This document shows, piece by piece, positions 45,608 to 55,052 of a stretch of 64,000 nt of DNA. The number at the start of each line of letters is the position of its first letter. The first letter of the stretch is position 1. Below the pieces are notes generated by a model. That model did not search any database. It was not told the DNA's origin and worked only from the letters and a program-made list of their open reading frames with translations. Made by a program: the position numbers and the translations under genes. Source of the stretch: an uncultured Rikenellaceae bacterium (lineage in GTDB: Bacteria; Bacteroidota; Bacteroidia; Bacteroidales; Rikenellaceae); assembly GCA_964370175.1 (NCBI GenBank), contig CAYJIF010000001.1:5732-69731 (forward strand), written 5' to 3'.

Positions 45608-47050
45608 ATGACAGTGTGGAACTACATACTCCTCGCCACGGTGATTTTCTACACCCTTATGGTCATCACCTCGGTGTATACGGTGCTCTTCGAGCGTCGC
45701 AACCCTACCCGAGCTTTGGTGTGGATTGTAGTAATCGTGATTATTCCCATTGTGGGGTTAATTTTCTTTGCATTCTTTGGGCAGAGCTACCGCAAGCGAA
45801 AGATATTCAACCTGCGAGGGCTCAGAAACCTACGGCAAGTGGAGCTCTTCTCGGCATGGCAAATCGACAACATCTCGCACATACAAAACAACGAACTCTC
45901 GCACATAGAAATCATAAAACTGCTGCTCCACAACAGCAAATCCCCGCTCACAGTCAACAACTCGCTCACCATACTCAACAACGGGAAGGAGGCTTTCCCT
46001 GCAATTTTCGAAGCGCTGCGAAATGCCACCGACCATATCCACTTGGAGTACTACATCATCGAGAGCGATGAATTGGGACGAGAACTCGCCGACATTCTGT
46101 GCGCCAAGGCAGAAGCGGGAGTGGAGGTGAGGTTAATGTACGATGACGTGGGGAGCTGGTCGCTCAAAAAAAAATTCATCAAACGCCTCAAAGCGAGTGG
46201 CGTGCACGTGCGCAGCTTTATGCCAGTGGCATTCCCCTTCTTCACCTCTAAGGTGAACTATCGCAATCACCGCAAAATTGCTGTGATTGACGGCAAAATA
46301 GGTTTCATGGGCGGGATGAACTTCGCAAAACGATACATGAGCGGAACCAAAAACAACACTTGGAGAGACACTCACCTCAAGGTCGAGGGCGAGGCTGCAA
46401 GATTACTTCAGGTCATCTTCATGACCGATTGGTATGCTTGCTGCCAGCAAACGCTCCAAAATGCCGAACGATACTTCCCCGAGGTGGAACTAAACAACAA
46501 GTACGTGGCGTGCCAGATTGCAGTGTCTGGGCCAGATAGCGACTACGCCGCCATCATGCAGGCATTCTTTGCCGCAATATCAAGAGCCAAAGAGTACATC
46601 TACATCTCCACACCATACTTCATACCCGGGGAGTCGATGCTCACAGCCCTCAAAGTAGCTGCACTAAGTGGCGTGAATATAAAAATCATACTGCCCGAAC
46701 ACTCCGACTCAAAGATTGTGCACTGGGCATCACGCTCCTACTTCACCGAACTGCTCGAAGTCGGAATTGAGGTCTACCTCTACCAGCCAGGCTTCAACCA
46801 CAGCAAAACAATGGTTATTGATGGTACTTTCTGCTCGATTGGCTCGGCAAACATGGACGAACGCAGCTTTGAGGACAACTTCGAAATAACTGCTATGATT
46901 TACAACAAAACCATTGCAGGGGAGATGCGAGATACATTCTTGCACGACACCGAAGAATCGCGACTCATTACGCTAAAGAGTTGGGAAAATCGCCGCCGCA
47001 AGGATAACTTCAAAGAATCTGCGGCACGCCTCTTCTCGCCGCTGCTTTAA
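45608..47050 (+). CDS. cls: cardiolipin synthase
   Basis: Two N-terminal TM helices and two HKD motifs (NHRKIAVIDG..., NHSKTMVIDG...GSANMD). Confidence 0.92.
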   Translation: MTVWNYILLATVIFYTLMVITSVYTVLFERRNPTRALVWIVVIVIIPIVGLIFFAFFGQSYRKRKIFNLRGLRNLRQVELFSAWQIDNISHIQNNELSHIEIIKLLLHNSKSPLTVNNSLTILNNGKEAFPAIFEALRNATDHIHLEYYIIESDELGRELADILCAKAEAGVEVRLMYDDVGSWSLKKKFIKRLKASGVHVRSFMPVAFPFFTSKVNYRNHRKIAVIDGKIGFMGGMNFAKRYMSGTKNNTWRDTHLKVEGEAARLLQVIFMTDWYACCQQTLQNAERYFPEVELNNKYVACQIAVSGPDSDYAAIMQAFFAAISRAKEYIYISTPYFIPGESMLTALKVAALSGVNIKIILPEHSDSKIVHWASRSYFTELLEVGIEVYLYQPGFNHSKTMVIDGTFCSIGSANMDERSFEDNFEITAMIYNKTIAGEMRDTFLHDTEESRLITLKSWENRRRKDNFKESAARLFSPLL

Positions 47051-47140
47051 TCTGCGCAGACCAAGAATTCTCGCTAACAATCGTCAAGTAAGAAGATTGC
47101 CACTGCCGTATGAAAAACGGGGCTTATACTCCACGAGAAT

Positions 47141-49705
47141 CTATGCGAGTGGGGGTAGTTCTACACTACTCAGAGACTTCACAACTAACTCTTCGCCATG
47201 CCCTGCATCGTGGCTTGAGGGGTTATCCTGCTGAGATTTCTGACCAAAAGTAGTCATCTGCTCAAAGGGCACGGATCTGTGGATGATTGATGCAATGGTA
47301 TTTTCCTCGAGCTCATCGCCAATCCCAACATAGAGTTCGGCTCGTGGCCTGGTCAAAGCAACGTAGAGCATATTAACCGCATCTATTATGGAGGAGACTC
47401 CCTCCTGAAAGTAGACCTCACGAAATTTTGTATCGGCAAGTCCCTTGACGTTCTTGAGCGGGTAGCACCCCAGCTCCGAGAGCACACCCTCATCGCTGCT
47501 ACACCACACATAGCTATCACGGTGGTTGGAGAAGAATTTCCAGTTACAATACGGCACAATTACTGTGTCGTACTCCAGCCCCTTGGATTTGTGGATGGTA
47601 ATGATATTTACAGCCTCTGCGTTGTGGGAAAGGGTGACCAGCGTGCTCGAGAGCTTCTCATCCCACGCCTCCACAAAGGCGCTTGTTGCGCCAACACCAC
47701 TGTTCTGCCCAAAGTTGTGGCACAGAGTATAGAAAGTCGATAGGTAGATAACGTCAAGCTCACTGAGCCTCCAGTGAGCAACAATCTGCTCGACAGCACC
47801 GAACAAGTCCACAGGACTGAGCCTATTAAGCAATTCTTGCTCATCGCTTTGAAGCGGATTTTTCAGCTCCCGCCCCAAATAACTGTTTATTGCAGCGAGA
47901 TGCAACTCGCTCGGAACTGTGCTATACCTTAGCACATTTACCACGAAGCCAACGACACGAGATTTTCCAACCTTGAGCACCGCCTCGCTCACAAACTCAA
48001 TGCCCTCGTCCAGCAATCGCTCTGCAATGAGATTTGCCTCGCTACCCTTACGCACCAGAATCGCTATCTGGGGATTCCTCATTCGTTCTCGTTGCTCGCG
48101 GATAATCTGTACCACCCAATCCAGGGTCTGAGCCTCACCATAGGCGGTAAGCTCCACATAGCCTTCTCTCTGGGCTCCGATTTTATGGGGCGGCAGGTCT
48201 TGCTTGTAATTATCGTAAGCGCCCCTAAATTCCTCGACAAGAGCCTCTCTGTGCGCAGAACTCTGAGCAAAATCATCGATTGCGTGTGTCGTATTTTTCA
48301 CAACCTTTTCAAAGAGGTTGTTATTAAAATCCACTATCTCGCTGTGGCTGCGCCACGAGGTGCTCAGGTTTTCGAGGCGTTGGTCGGCAAAGCTCAGCGC
48401 TCTTTGCGCCTCGCCACCAAGCAATGACCATTCCCCTCCCCGCCAACGGTATATCGCCTGCTTCACATCACCAATGAGCATCACAGCCATTGTCTGCGCC
48501 TTTGAGAGCGCCTCTTGGAGCAGCGGCAAAAAGACCTCCCACTGCGAACGCGAGGTATCCTGAAACTCATCGATGAACACCACCGAATAGCGTGTCCCCA
48601 GTTTCTCGAAAATAAAAGGAATCTCGCCACTCCCCGTGATTTTTTTGAGAAGCTCGGGCGTGGAGGCAATATCCAACTCGCCACGCTGAGCCATGAGCGT
48701 ACTGACTGTTTCTTCGAGGTGGCTCAACAGCGAATAACGCAAAAACGTAGCCTGCAAAGCCTCGAAAGTCTTAATCGTGGAATGCAGCTCTCGCAGCTTG
48801 AACACAGTGTCCAGCAGTTGCGCTGTGAGTGCCTCGACAGCAGGGTTTGTGATAAATTCTACGGGCGAGCTATCCTTATCTATTGCAAGCACCGCTTTTG
48901 TGAATTTTTCGACAGCGCCACTCTTGAGCACCTTGTAAAAATAGCTAACAAACGAACGACTCTTACCCTTAAAATCAGAGTAGTCAGCCCCTTGGCTCTC
49001 GATTCGCTGCACCGCCTGGGCACAAAGCTCCACGTAGAGAGCTTTTTCGCCGTCGTAGACCTGCTGCATCATGGCGAAGGTTCGCTCGCGCTGAGCAATA
49101 TCCACATCACTGCCCGAGAGCACTCCCGCCATCGAGGCCTCGTTGTAGAGTGACGACAATTCTCGTTGTATGTTCACCCTCTTGCCCTGCTCGATATTCG
49201 AGCTCACAAAGCGCCATATCTTCTTGGAAAGCTCCTCATCATTGCGACTATCACGCACCAATTGCTCGATTGCCTCCTGCAAAGCCTGCTCTCTTTCGAG
49301 CACTATTTCATAGCGCAAATCAAGCCCCAACTCATAGAAAAAACTGCGCACTATGCGCTGAAAAAAAGTATCGATAGTGGAGACCGCAAAAGCTGAATAA
49401 TCGGTGAGAATGCCGCTGAGCAACTCCTCCGAATTTGCCATCACCTCGCCGCGAGTCATCTGGGTCAGCTCCATAATCTGCTCCATCAAGGCTGGGCTGC
49501 TGCCACTCATCAACTCCTTGAGCATTGCAATGATACGCTGTTTCATCTCGGCAGTTGCCTTGTTGGTGAAGGTCACTGCAAGTATAGAACGAAAGCTCTG
49601 GCGGGGATTGGGCGACATAATGGCCACCGCAATATAATTCAACGCAAGGCGATAGGTCTTACCCGAACCTGCCGACGCTTTAACTATATGTAGAGTTTGA
49701 GCCAT
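47141..49705 (-). CDS. UvrD-helicase-domain protein (AddA/RecB-like SF1 helicase, no obvious nuclease domain)
   Basis: ASAGSGKTY Walker A, TFTNKATAEM, FIDEFQDTS, IHKSKGLEYD, ALTRPRAEL. 854 aa. Confidence 0.8.
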   Translation of the reverse strand: MAQTLHIVKASAGSGKTYRLALNYIAVAIMSPNPRQSFRSILAVTFTNKATAEMKQRIIAMLKELMSGSSPALMEQIMELTQMTRGEVMANSEELLSGILTDYSAFAVSTIDTFFQRIVRSFFYELGLDLRYEIVLEREQALQEAIEQLVRDSRNDEELSKKIWRFVSSNIEQGKRVNIQRELSSLYNEASMAGVLSGSDVDIAQRERTFAMMQQVYDGEKALYVELCAQAVQRIESQGADYSDFKGKSRSFVSYFYKVLKSGAVEKFTKAVLAIDKDSSPVEFITNPAVEALTAQLLDTVFKLRELHSTIKTFEALQATFLRYSLLSHLEETVSTLMAQRGELDIASTPELLKKITGSGEIPFIFEKLGTRYSVVFIDEFQDTSRSQWEVFLPLLQEALSKAQTMAVMLIGDVKQAIYRWRGGEWSLLGGEAQRALSFADQRLENLSTSWRSHSEIVDFNNNLFEKVVKNTTHAIDDFAQSSAHREALVEEFRGAYDNYKQDLPPHKIGAQREGYVELTAYGEAQTLDWVVQIIREQRERMRNPQIAILVRKGSEANLIAERLLDEGIEFVSEAVLKVGKSRVVGFVVNVLRYSTVPSELHLAAINSYLGRELKNPLQSDEQELLNRLSPVDLFGAVEQIVAHWRLSELDVIYLSTFYTLCHNFGQNSGVGATSAFVEAWDEKLSSTLVTLSHNAEAVNIITIHKSKGLEYDTVIVPYCNWKFFSNHRDSYVWCSSDEGVLSELGCYPLKNVKGLADTKFREVYFQEGVSSIIDAVNMLYVALTRPRAELYVGIGDELEENTIASIIHRSVPFEQMTTFGQKSQQDNPSSHDAGHGEELVVKSLSSVELPPLA

Positions 49706-49737
49706 TTAGTATTAAACAAGAAGCCTATGCCCGAGGG

Positions 49738-50274
49738 CTATAGCCTGAAAAATGAAAAATTCACACTCCCATACTTACGTTGCTGCCAGAAGTGCTCCAT
49801 CTGAGTGAAATCAAAATCTGCCGAGTGCTCGAAAATCAACAAACCGCCCTCACTCACAAGCCCCTTCTCGATAATCAACCCAGGCAACGTATCGAGCTTG
49901 GGCAAATCATAGGGAGGGTCGGCAAAAACAATATCGAATTGCTCGCAATAGGAGCTCTTCAGAAAGGTAAATACATTGCTCCTTATGCTTTTGATAGTGT
50001 CCAACGAAAGGTTTTTCGCAGTAGCGCCAATAAATTTTTGATGCGCAGGGTTAGCCTCCACGCTGAGCACGTACTGAGCACCACGGCTGGCAGCCTCATA
50101 GCTTATTGAACCGGTGCCCGAGAAAAGGTCCAGAAAACGAACCTCCTCGAAATCAAAATAATTGACCAACGTGTTAAAGAGGTTCTCCTTTGCAAAGTCC
50201 GTTGTGGGTCTTGCATTGAACGACGATGGAGGGGAAATAATGCGCCCTCTGTGAGTTCCACCAACTATTCTCAT
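49738..50274 (-). CDS. rsmD: 16S rRNA (guanine966-N2)-methyltransferase
   Basis: MRIVGGTHRGR..., LDLFSGTGS, FADPPY. Confidence 0.88.
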   Translation of the reverse strand: MRIVGGTHRGRIISPPSSFNARPTTDFAKENLFNTLVNYFDFEEVRFLDLFSGTGSISYEAASRGAQYVLSVEANPAHQKFIGATAKNLSLDTIKSIRSNVFTFLKSSYCEQFDIVFADPPYDLPKLDTLPGLIIEKGLVSEGGLLIFEHSADFDFTQMEHFWQQRKYGSVNFSFFRL

Positions 50275-50912
50275 CTGATTTGTACTGCTATAAAATAATT
50301 CTTGAGGTACGCTGCCAATTCTTCAGCCCCATCACTATCCCCAACCACTACTCTACTGCCTTGGCCGAGCGGAGCTGCTTGAAGGGCATAAAAGAGCACA
50401 TCCTCGAAACTTGTAACCACGAGCGAGCGTGCCGCCGCAATGCCCGAGGGCGCACCTGCTGCTATGTGTAGGGTTTCTGCGTCATCGAGCTCCAGAGCAA
50501 TCACTCCTGTTCTTTTATCGCAGTTCCCAATGGCTGAGAGCAGGGCATGGCTGTGAGTCGCATGTGGCAATCTATGGGTAATATAGTCATAGAGCTCCTG
50601 CTCGACCGCCCATACCGCCACATAATCACCGTGTACGGCAAAGAGTGAATGTTGGAAGGAGGGGTCCATTAGCGATGCGCTTTGCAGGTAGGCATCCACA
50701 GCGTTATGATCGAACAGCTCATATGGGATAATCAACACCCCTGGTACGCTCCACTGCACGTGTGCGTCAAGTTCGTAACACTCATCGGTAAGCGCACTAT
50801 CCAGCTCATAGGAGTCAACCGTGCCACCTCTGAGTGTGTCATGAGTATTTATAAAAAAGGAAAATCCACCCAGAGTAATCTGAATGGATAATTCCTTTGC
50901 GTTATTTGCCAT
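50271..50912 (-). CDS. DUF3822-like protein
   Basis: LSIQITLGGFSFFI near the N-terminus. Conserved position upstream of rsmD, with a 4-nt overlap. Start taken at ATG 50912. Confidence 0.55.
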   Translation of the reverse strand: MANNAKELSIQITLGGFSFFINTHDTLRGGTVDSYELDSALTDECYELDAHVQWSVPGVLIIPYELFDHNAVDAYLQSASLMDPSFQHSLFAVHGDYVAVWAVEQELYDYITHRLPHATHSHALLSAIGNCDKRTGVIALELDDAETLHIAAGAPSGIAAARSLVVTSFEDVLFYALQAAPLGQGSRVVVGDSDGAEELAAYLKNYFIAVQIR

Positions 50913-51034
50913 AGTTTTATGTACTATAATTTCACGCCTTTTTGTTTTCGTCATTTAGCTCACCACTCTTTTTTTCCCTTTTGCATTACGCCTATGCCAC
51001 ACAAGGGCAGACAAAGAAGGCTAATGGGCGGGGA

Positions 51035-51044
51035 GGGGGGGGGG
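51035..51044. repeat. G10 homopolymer (C10 on the transcribed strand)
   Basis: Counted directly. Embedded in GGGCGGGGAGGGGGGGGGGAG. Lies 25 nt downstream of the stop of the minus-strand gene 51070..51690 and 122 nt upstream of ATG 50912. Confidence 0.95.
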
Positions 51045-51069
51045 AGCGAGAGAGTGCCGACGAAAAGTA

Positions 51070-51690
51070 TTATTCCCAGTTACCAGCCTCGTTGTTAGCC
51101 GCCTCAACCGAACCTACTTTGAGTCCATCTTCACGGCCAAGAGTGTTAACTCTTTCGTCACGATAGTTGATCAGTTCTTGTTTGTCGAGGTCGCCAAGGA
51201 AAGATGGGTAAGCAGCGTATGCTTGGAATACAGGTACAACCACTTCAGACTCGGTCACAAGCGTTGCAGTATCCATTTGGAATGCCACTTTGCTACCAGT
51301 TGCCTCAGCCGAGAAAGGAACGTACTCGATGTCTTCGATTTTGAATCCACTGCGAGTGTGGAACAGAGTATCTTTGATGCTAACAAGGCTTTCGATACGA
51401 ACGAGTTTATCCATAGCCGAAGAGTCATCCTCGCTACCCACAGCAAGTACTACTTTAATAGAGTCGTTGTGGTAGAAGTTGAATAGATCTTGGAATGAAC
51501 CAGCGAATTTGCCATTCTCGTTACGGTAGAATCTCTGGATAGTACGAATGTCTTTGAGTCTTTCAATAACAGCAGCCTCGCGCTGTTCTCTCTGGCTTTC
51601 AAATTCGATTGGCGTTTTGAAGATAATGTAGATCCAGTAGCCGAGTGCCACTACTGCTGCAATAAGAATAATTTGTAAAATTGTTTTCAT
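51070..51690 (-). CDS. hypothetical N-terminally membrane-anchored protein
   Basis: MKTILQIILIAAVVALGYWIYIIF TM helix followed by a soluble domain. No motif recognised. Confidence 0.55.
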   Translation of the reverse strand: MKTILQIILIAAVVALGYWIYIIFKTPIEFESQREQREAAVIERLKDIRTIQRFYRNENGKFAGSFQDLFNFYHNDSIKVVLAVGSEDDSSAMDKLVRIESLVSIKDTLFHTRSGFKIEDIEYVPFSAEATGSKVAFQMDTATLVTESEVVVPVFQAYAAYPSFLGDLDKQELINYRDERVNTLGREDGLKVGSVEAANNEAGNWE

Positions 51691-51707
51691 TATTTATTTG
51701 ATTTTTT

Positions 51708-51715
51708 TATATTTG
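51708..51715 (+). promoter_or_regulatory. -7 promoter motif TATATTTG (RecD-like helicase)
   Basis: TAnnTTTG, only 4 nt before ATG 51720. Confidence 0.45.
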
Positions 51716-51719
51716 CCTT

Positions 51720-53159
51720 ATGATACTGTCCGACTTTTCGACCCAAATATACAACAATTTTGGTTTCCCACCAACTTTAGAGCAAAAAAAAATAATAAAT
51801 TCACTATTTCATTACATTTATGAAGGCAGTGAAGAGGAGATATTCATTCTCAACGGCTATGCCGGAGTGGGTAAAACCACAGTCATCGCCGCGCTCGTAA
51901 AAGTGCTTTGTGCCAACCACCAAAAATTCTTCATGCTCGCCCCCACCGGCCGCGCTGCAAAGGTCGTCAGCCTATACAGCGGCCATGGAGCCTCGACCAT
52001 CCACAAACGAATCTATAGGCAAAAAAGTCTCGGAGCTGGGGGCGGAAACTTCACGCTGGATTTCAACAAAAGCAAAAACACTATTTATATTGTGGACGAG
52101 GCATCGATGCTTGCCAACAACAGCAATGAGGCCACCTCCTCGCCCTTTGGCAGCGGCCACCTCATTGACGACCTCATCGACTATATTCGCATGGGCGAGA
52201 ACAACAGGTTGATTCTCGTGGGTGACGACGCTCAGTTGCCTCCAGTTGGGCTCGGGTTCTCGCCTGCGCTAAATCCCGATGAGATGAACATGTACGGCAC
52301 AGTGCACTACACCACTCTGCGCAAGGTGATGCGGCAGAGCGACAACTCGGCCATACTACTCAACGCCACTGCAATACGAAACGAAATTGACAAACAAGTG
52401 GTGGCTTTCCCAAAGATTCAAACCGCAAAAGACGTGCGTTCGATAAATGGAGGAGAGCTCATCGAGGAGCTCCAGGACGCATACTCAGAGGTGGGCATCG
52501 AGGACACCATTGTCATCACTCGCTCCAACAAGCGCGCCGTGGAGTACAACAAAGGAATACGAGGCGCTGTGCTCGACAACTACGAGGAGCTCTCCTCGGG
52601 CGATATGATAATGGTGGTGAAGAATAACTATGCTATCATAGAGAGCGAGAAGCGAGCAAAAGCGCCTGGAAGCGAAAAACTGGACTTCATAGCCAATGGC
52701 GACATTGCCATTGTGGAGCGAGTGCTCAAACACCACGAGATCTACGGCTGCCGCTTTGCAACGCTGCGAATCAGACTACCAGACTATGACAACTACACGC
52801 TCGATTGCAAAGTATTACTCGACACTCTCTATAGTGAAGCGCCTGCGCTGAGTCGCCAGCAGAGCGAACGGCTCTTTTTTGAAATCGAGAAAGATTATGC
52901 CGAGATTGGCGAAAAACGCAAACGCTATCGAAAAATCATGGAGAATGAGTATTGGGGGGCTCTGCAAATCAAATTCGCCTATGCCATCACCTGCCACAAG
53001 GCACAAGGAGGGCAGTGGAAGCGTGTTTTTGTAGACAGGTTGCTCTTTGGCAGCGAGGTGGTGACGCGCGATTTTCAGCGATGGCTCTACACCGCCATTA
53101 CTCGAGCCACTCAGAGGGTTTACTTTGTGAATTGGGACGACTCGTTCTTCGAACAATAA
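51720..53159 (+). CDS. RecD/Dda-like SF1 DNA helicase
   Basis: GYAGVGKTT, IVDEASML, LVGDDAQLPPV, YAITCHKAQGGQW. Confidence 0.85.
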   Translation: MILSDFSTQIYNNFGFPPTLEQKKIINSLFHYIYEGSEEEIFILNGYAGVGKTTVIAALVKVLCANHQKFFMLAPTGRAAKVVSLYSGHGASTIHKRIYRQKSLGAGGGNFTLDFNKSKNTIYIVDEASMLANNSNEATSSPFGSGHLIDDLIDYIRMGENNRLILVGDDAQLPPVGLGFSPALNPDEMNMYGTVHYTTLRKVMRQSDNSAILLNATAIRNEIDKQVVAFPKIQTAKDVRSINGGELIEELQDAYSEVGIEDTIVITRSNKRAVEYNKGIRGAVLDNYEELSSGDMIMVVKNNYAIIESEKRAKAPGSEKLDFIANGDIAIVERVLKHHEIYGCRFATLRIRLPDYDNYTLDCKVLLDTLYSEAPALSRQQSERLFFEIEKDYAEIGEKRKRYRKIMENEYWGALQIKFAYAITCHKAQGGQWKRVFVDRLLFGSEVVTRDFQRWLYTAITRATQRVYFVNWDDSFFEQ

Positions 53160-53216
53160 AACGTGCGAAGATACCAATAGTGCGGGTGTGGGTGTGTATT
53201 TCTTAAAAAATATCGC

Positions 53217-53224
53217 TATCTTTG
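53217..53224 (+). promoter_or_regulatory. -7 promoter motif TATCTTTG (flavodoxin-like gene)
   Basis: TAnnTTTG, 62 nt upstream of ATG 53287. Confidence 0.45.
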
Positions 53225-53286
53225 TTGTGATAACAGAACTCAAAACAAAAACGCGAATCATTATAAATAATAAAAAAATTAAGCGC

Positions 53287-53916
53287 ATGAAAGTAATTGC
53301 AATTCAGGGCAGCCCACGCAAGGGTGGAAACACTGCTATGGCGCTCGACATCGTCGGCAAAGAACTCCAAAAAGATGGCATAGAATTCGAGGTGCTCGAC
53401 ATCGGCGCTAAAAACATTCGCGGGTGTTTGGCGTGCCGCGGGTGCGTGCAGAGAAAAGACGAACAATGCGTGATTGATGACAACGTAGTGAACGAGGCGA
53501 TACAGAAGTTGAAAGAGGCTGATGGTATTGTACTTGGTTCGCCCGTCTATTTTTCGGGTATTGCGGGCACGCTCAAATCATTTTTGGACAGAGTTTTTTA
53601 TGTATCTGGGGCAAACGGGGGGCTTTTTAGAGGCAAGGTGGCGGCGGCAGTCACTGCTGTTAGGCGTAGTGGCGGTTCGCACACGCTCGATGGCCTCAAC
53701 CACTATATCACCTATGGCGAAATGGTGGTTGTGAGCTCTACCTACTGGAATATTGTGCACGGTCGTGAGGTGGGCGAAATGTCACAAGACCACGAGGCGG
53801 TACAGACCATGGAGGTGCTGGGCCGCAACCTCTCGTGGATGCTACGCGTGAAAGAGAAGGCGGGCATTGAACAGCCTGCCAAAGTGGAGAAAATCCACAC
53901 TCACTTCATACGATAA
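53287..53916 (+). CDS. flavodoxin-like FMN-dependent NAD(P)H oxidoreductase (iron-sulfur flavoprotein-like)
   Basis: MKVIAIQGSPRKGGNT, CLACRGC, GSPVYFSGIAG. Start taken at ATG 53287. Confidence 0.8.
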   Translation: MKVIAIQGSPRKGGNTAMALDIVGKELQKDGIEFEVLDIGAKNIRGCLACRGCVQRKDEQCVIDDNVVNEAIQKLKEADGIVLGSPVYFSGIAGTLKSFLDRVFYVSGANGGLFRGKVAAAVTAVRRSGGSHTLDGLNHYITYGEMVVVSSTYWNIVHGREVGEMSQDHEAVQTMEVLGRNLSWMLRVKEKAGIEQPAKVEKIHTHFIR

Positions 53917-53926
53917 GGGGCACTAT

Positions 53927-53947
53927 GGCGTAGAGCCACTCTACGCC
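53927..53947. terminator. short hairpin between the convergent flavodoxin-like gene and obg
   Basis: GGCGTAGAG-cca-CTCTACGCC, a 9-bp stem that overlaps the obg stop codon. Confidence 0.45.
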
Positions 53948-54945
53948 TCGATTGCCGCAAAGAGCATGTCCTTTAATTGGTCGATGTGGTAGCCGGTGAC
54001 CGCGCTGATGAAAATCACAGGCAACCCTTCGGGCAAAGACGTACTGAGTTCCTCTTGGAGTGCCAAGGTGAGCTCTTCATCGAGCATATCGCACTTCGTC
54101 ACGGCAAGTACTCTACTTTTATCGAGCAGTTCGGGGTTGTGTTCGCGCAGTTCGGTGAGCAGAATTTCATATTGCTGGGCTATATCCTTTGAGTCGCAGC
54201 TCACCATGAATAGCAGCGTGGAGTTTCGCTCAATGTGCCTCAAAAAGCGCAGACCCAAACCGCGACCCTCGGCAGCTCCCTCAATAATGCCAGGAATATC
54301 GGCCATAACAAGCGATTGTTGTCCGCGACCGCTGACAATACCGAGATTTGGCTCAAGTGTGGTGAATGCGTAGTCGGCAATCTTTGGCTTGGCGGCGGAA
54401 ACGACGCTGAGCAGCGTTGATTTTCCAGCATTGGGGAACCCCACAAGCCCAACATCGGCAAGCACCTTGAGCTCTAACACATACCAACCCTCTTGGTTCG
54501 CACCTCCCGTTTGGCTATATCTGGGAGCCTGATTGGTAGAGGTGCGGAAGTGCCAGTTGCCCTTTCCTCCTCGCCCGCCACGACACAGTACAACCTCTTG
54601 CTTGCTCTCTACAACCTCGCACACTTGTTCGCCCGTCTCGCCATCCTTGACAACCGTACCCAACGGAACATCAATATAGACATCCTTGCCATCGGCACCG
54701 TGCATCCGAGCTCCAGTGCCACGCTCGCCATTTTCGGCACGGTGGTGCTTGTTGTAGCGCAGGTGCAGTAGCGTCCAGTGGTTGGTAGAGCCTCTGAGGA
54801 TGATATGTCCTCCGCGCCCTCCGTCACCACCATCGGGACCTCCAAATTCAACGAATTTCTCCTTGCGGAAGTGCGATGAACCTGCTCCACCCTCACCGCT
54901 GGAGGCAAATATTCTTGCGTAGTCTACGAAATTTGAATCAGCCAT
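53941..54945 (-). CDS. obg: GTPase Obg
   Basis: [48 protein letters not shown]. Confidence 0.95.
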   Translation of the reverse strand: MADSNFVDYARIFASSGEGGAGSSHFRKEKFVEFGGPDGGDGGRGGHIILRGSTNHWTLLHLRYNKHHRAENGERGTGARMHGADGKDVYIDVPLGTVVKDGETGEQVCEVVESKQEVVLCRGGRGGKGNWHFRTSTNQAPRYSQTGGANQEGWYVLELKVLADVGLVGFPNAGKSTLLSVVSAAKPKIADYAFTTLEPNLGIVSGRGQQSLVMADIPGIIEGAAEGRGLGLRFLRHIERNSTLLFMVSCDSKDIAQQYEILLTELREHNPELLDKSRVLAVTKCDMLDEELTLALQEELSTSLPEGLPVIFISAVTGYHIDQLKDMLFAAIEA

Positions 54946-55052
54946 TTTTTTAGTATTTTTTTAAAATTTATTTCTCTCTCTCTTTTGTTTTTGTTTCATT
55001 GCGGGGTTTTGTAACGTTACGCAATGTGTGTGGGGGGGGTATCTTCGAGGAA

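Noticed and set aside
45496-46071. 191-codon plus-strand ORF overlapping the cls promoter and 5' end
   Set aside because: It is out of frame with a well-supported cardiolipin synthase, starts upstream of the cls -7 motif, and has a Q/H/R-rich translation with no motif.
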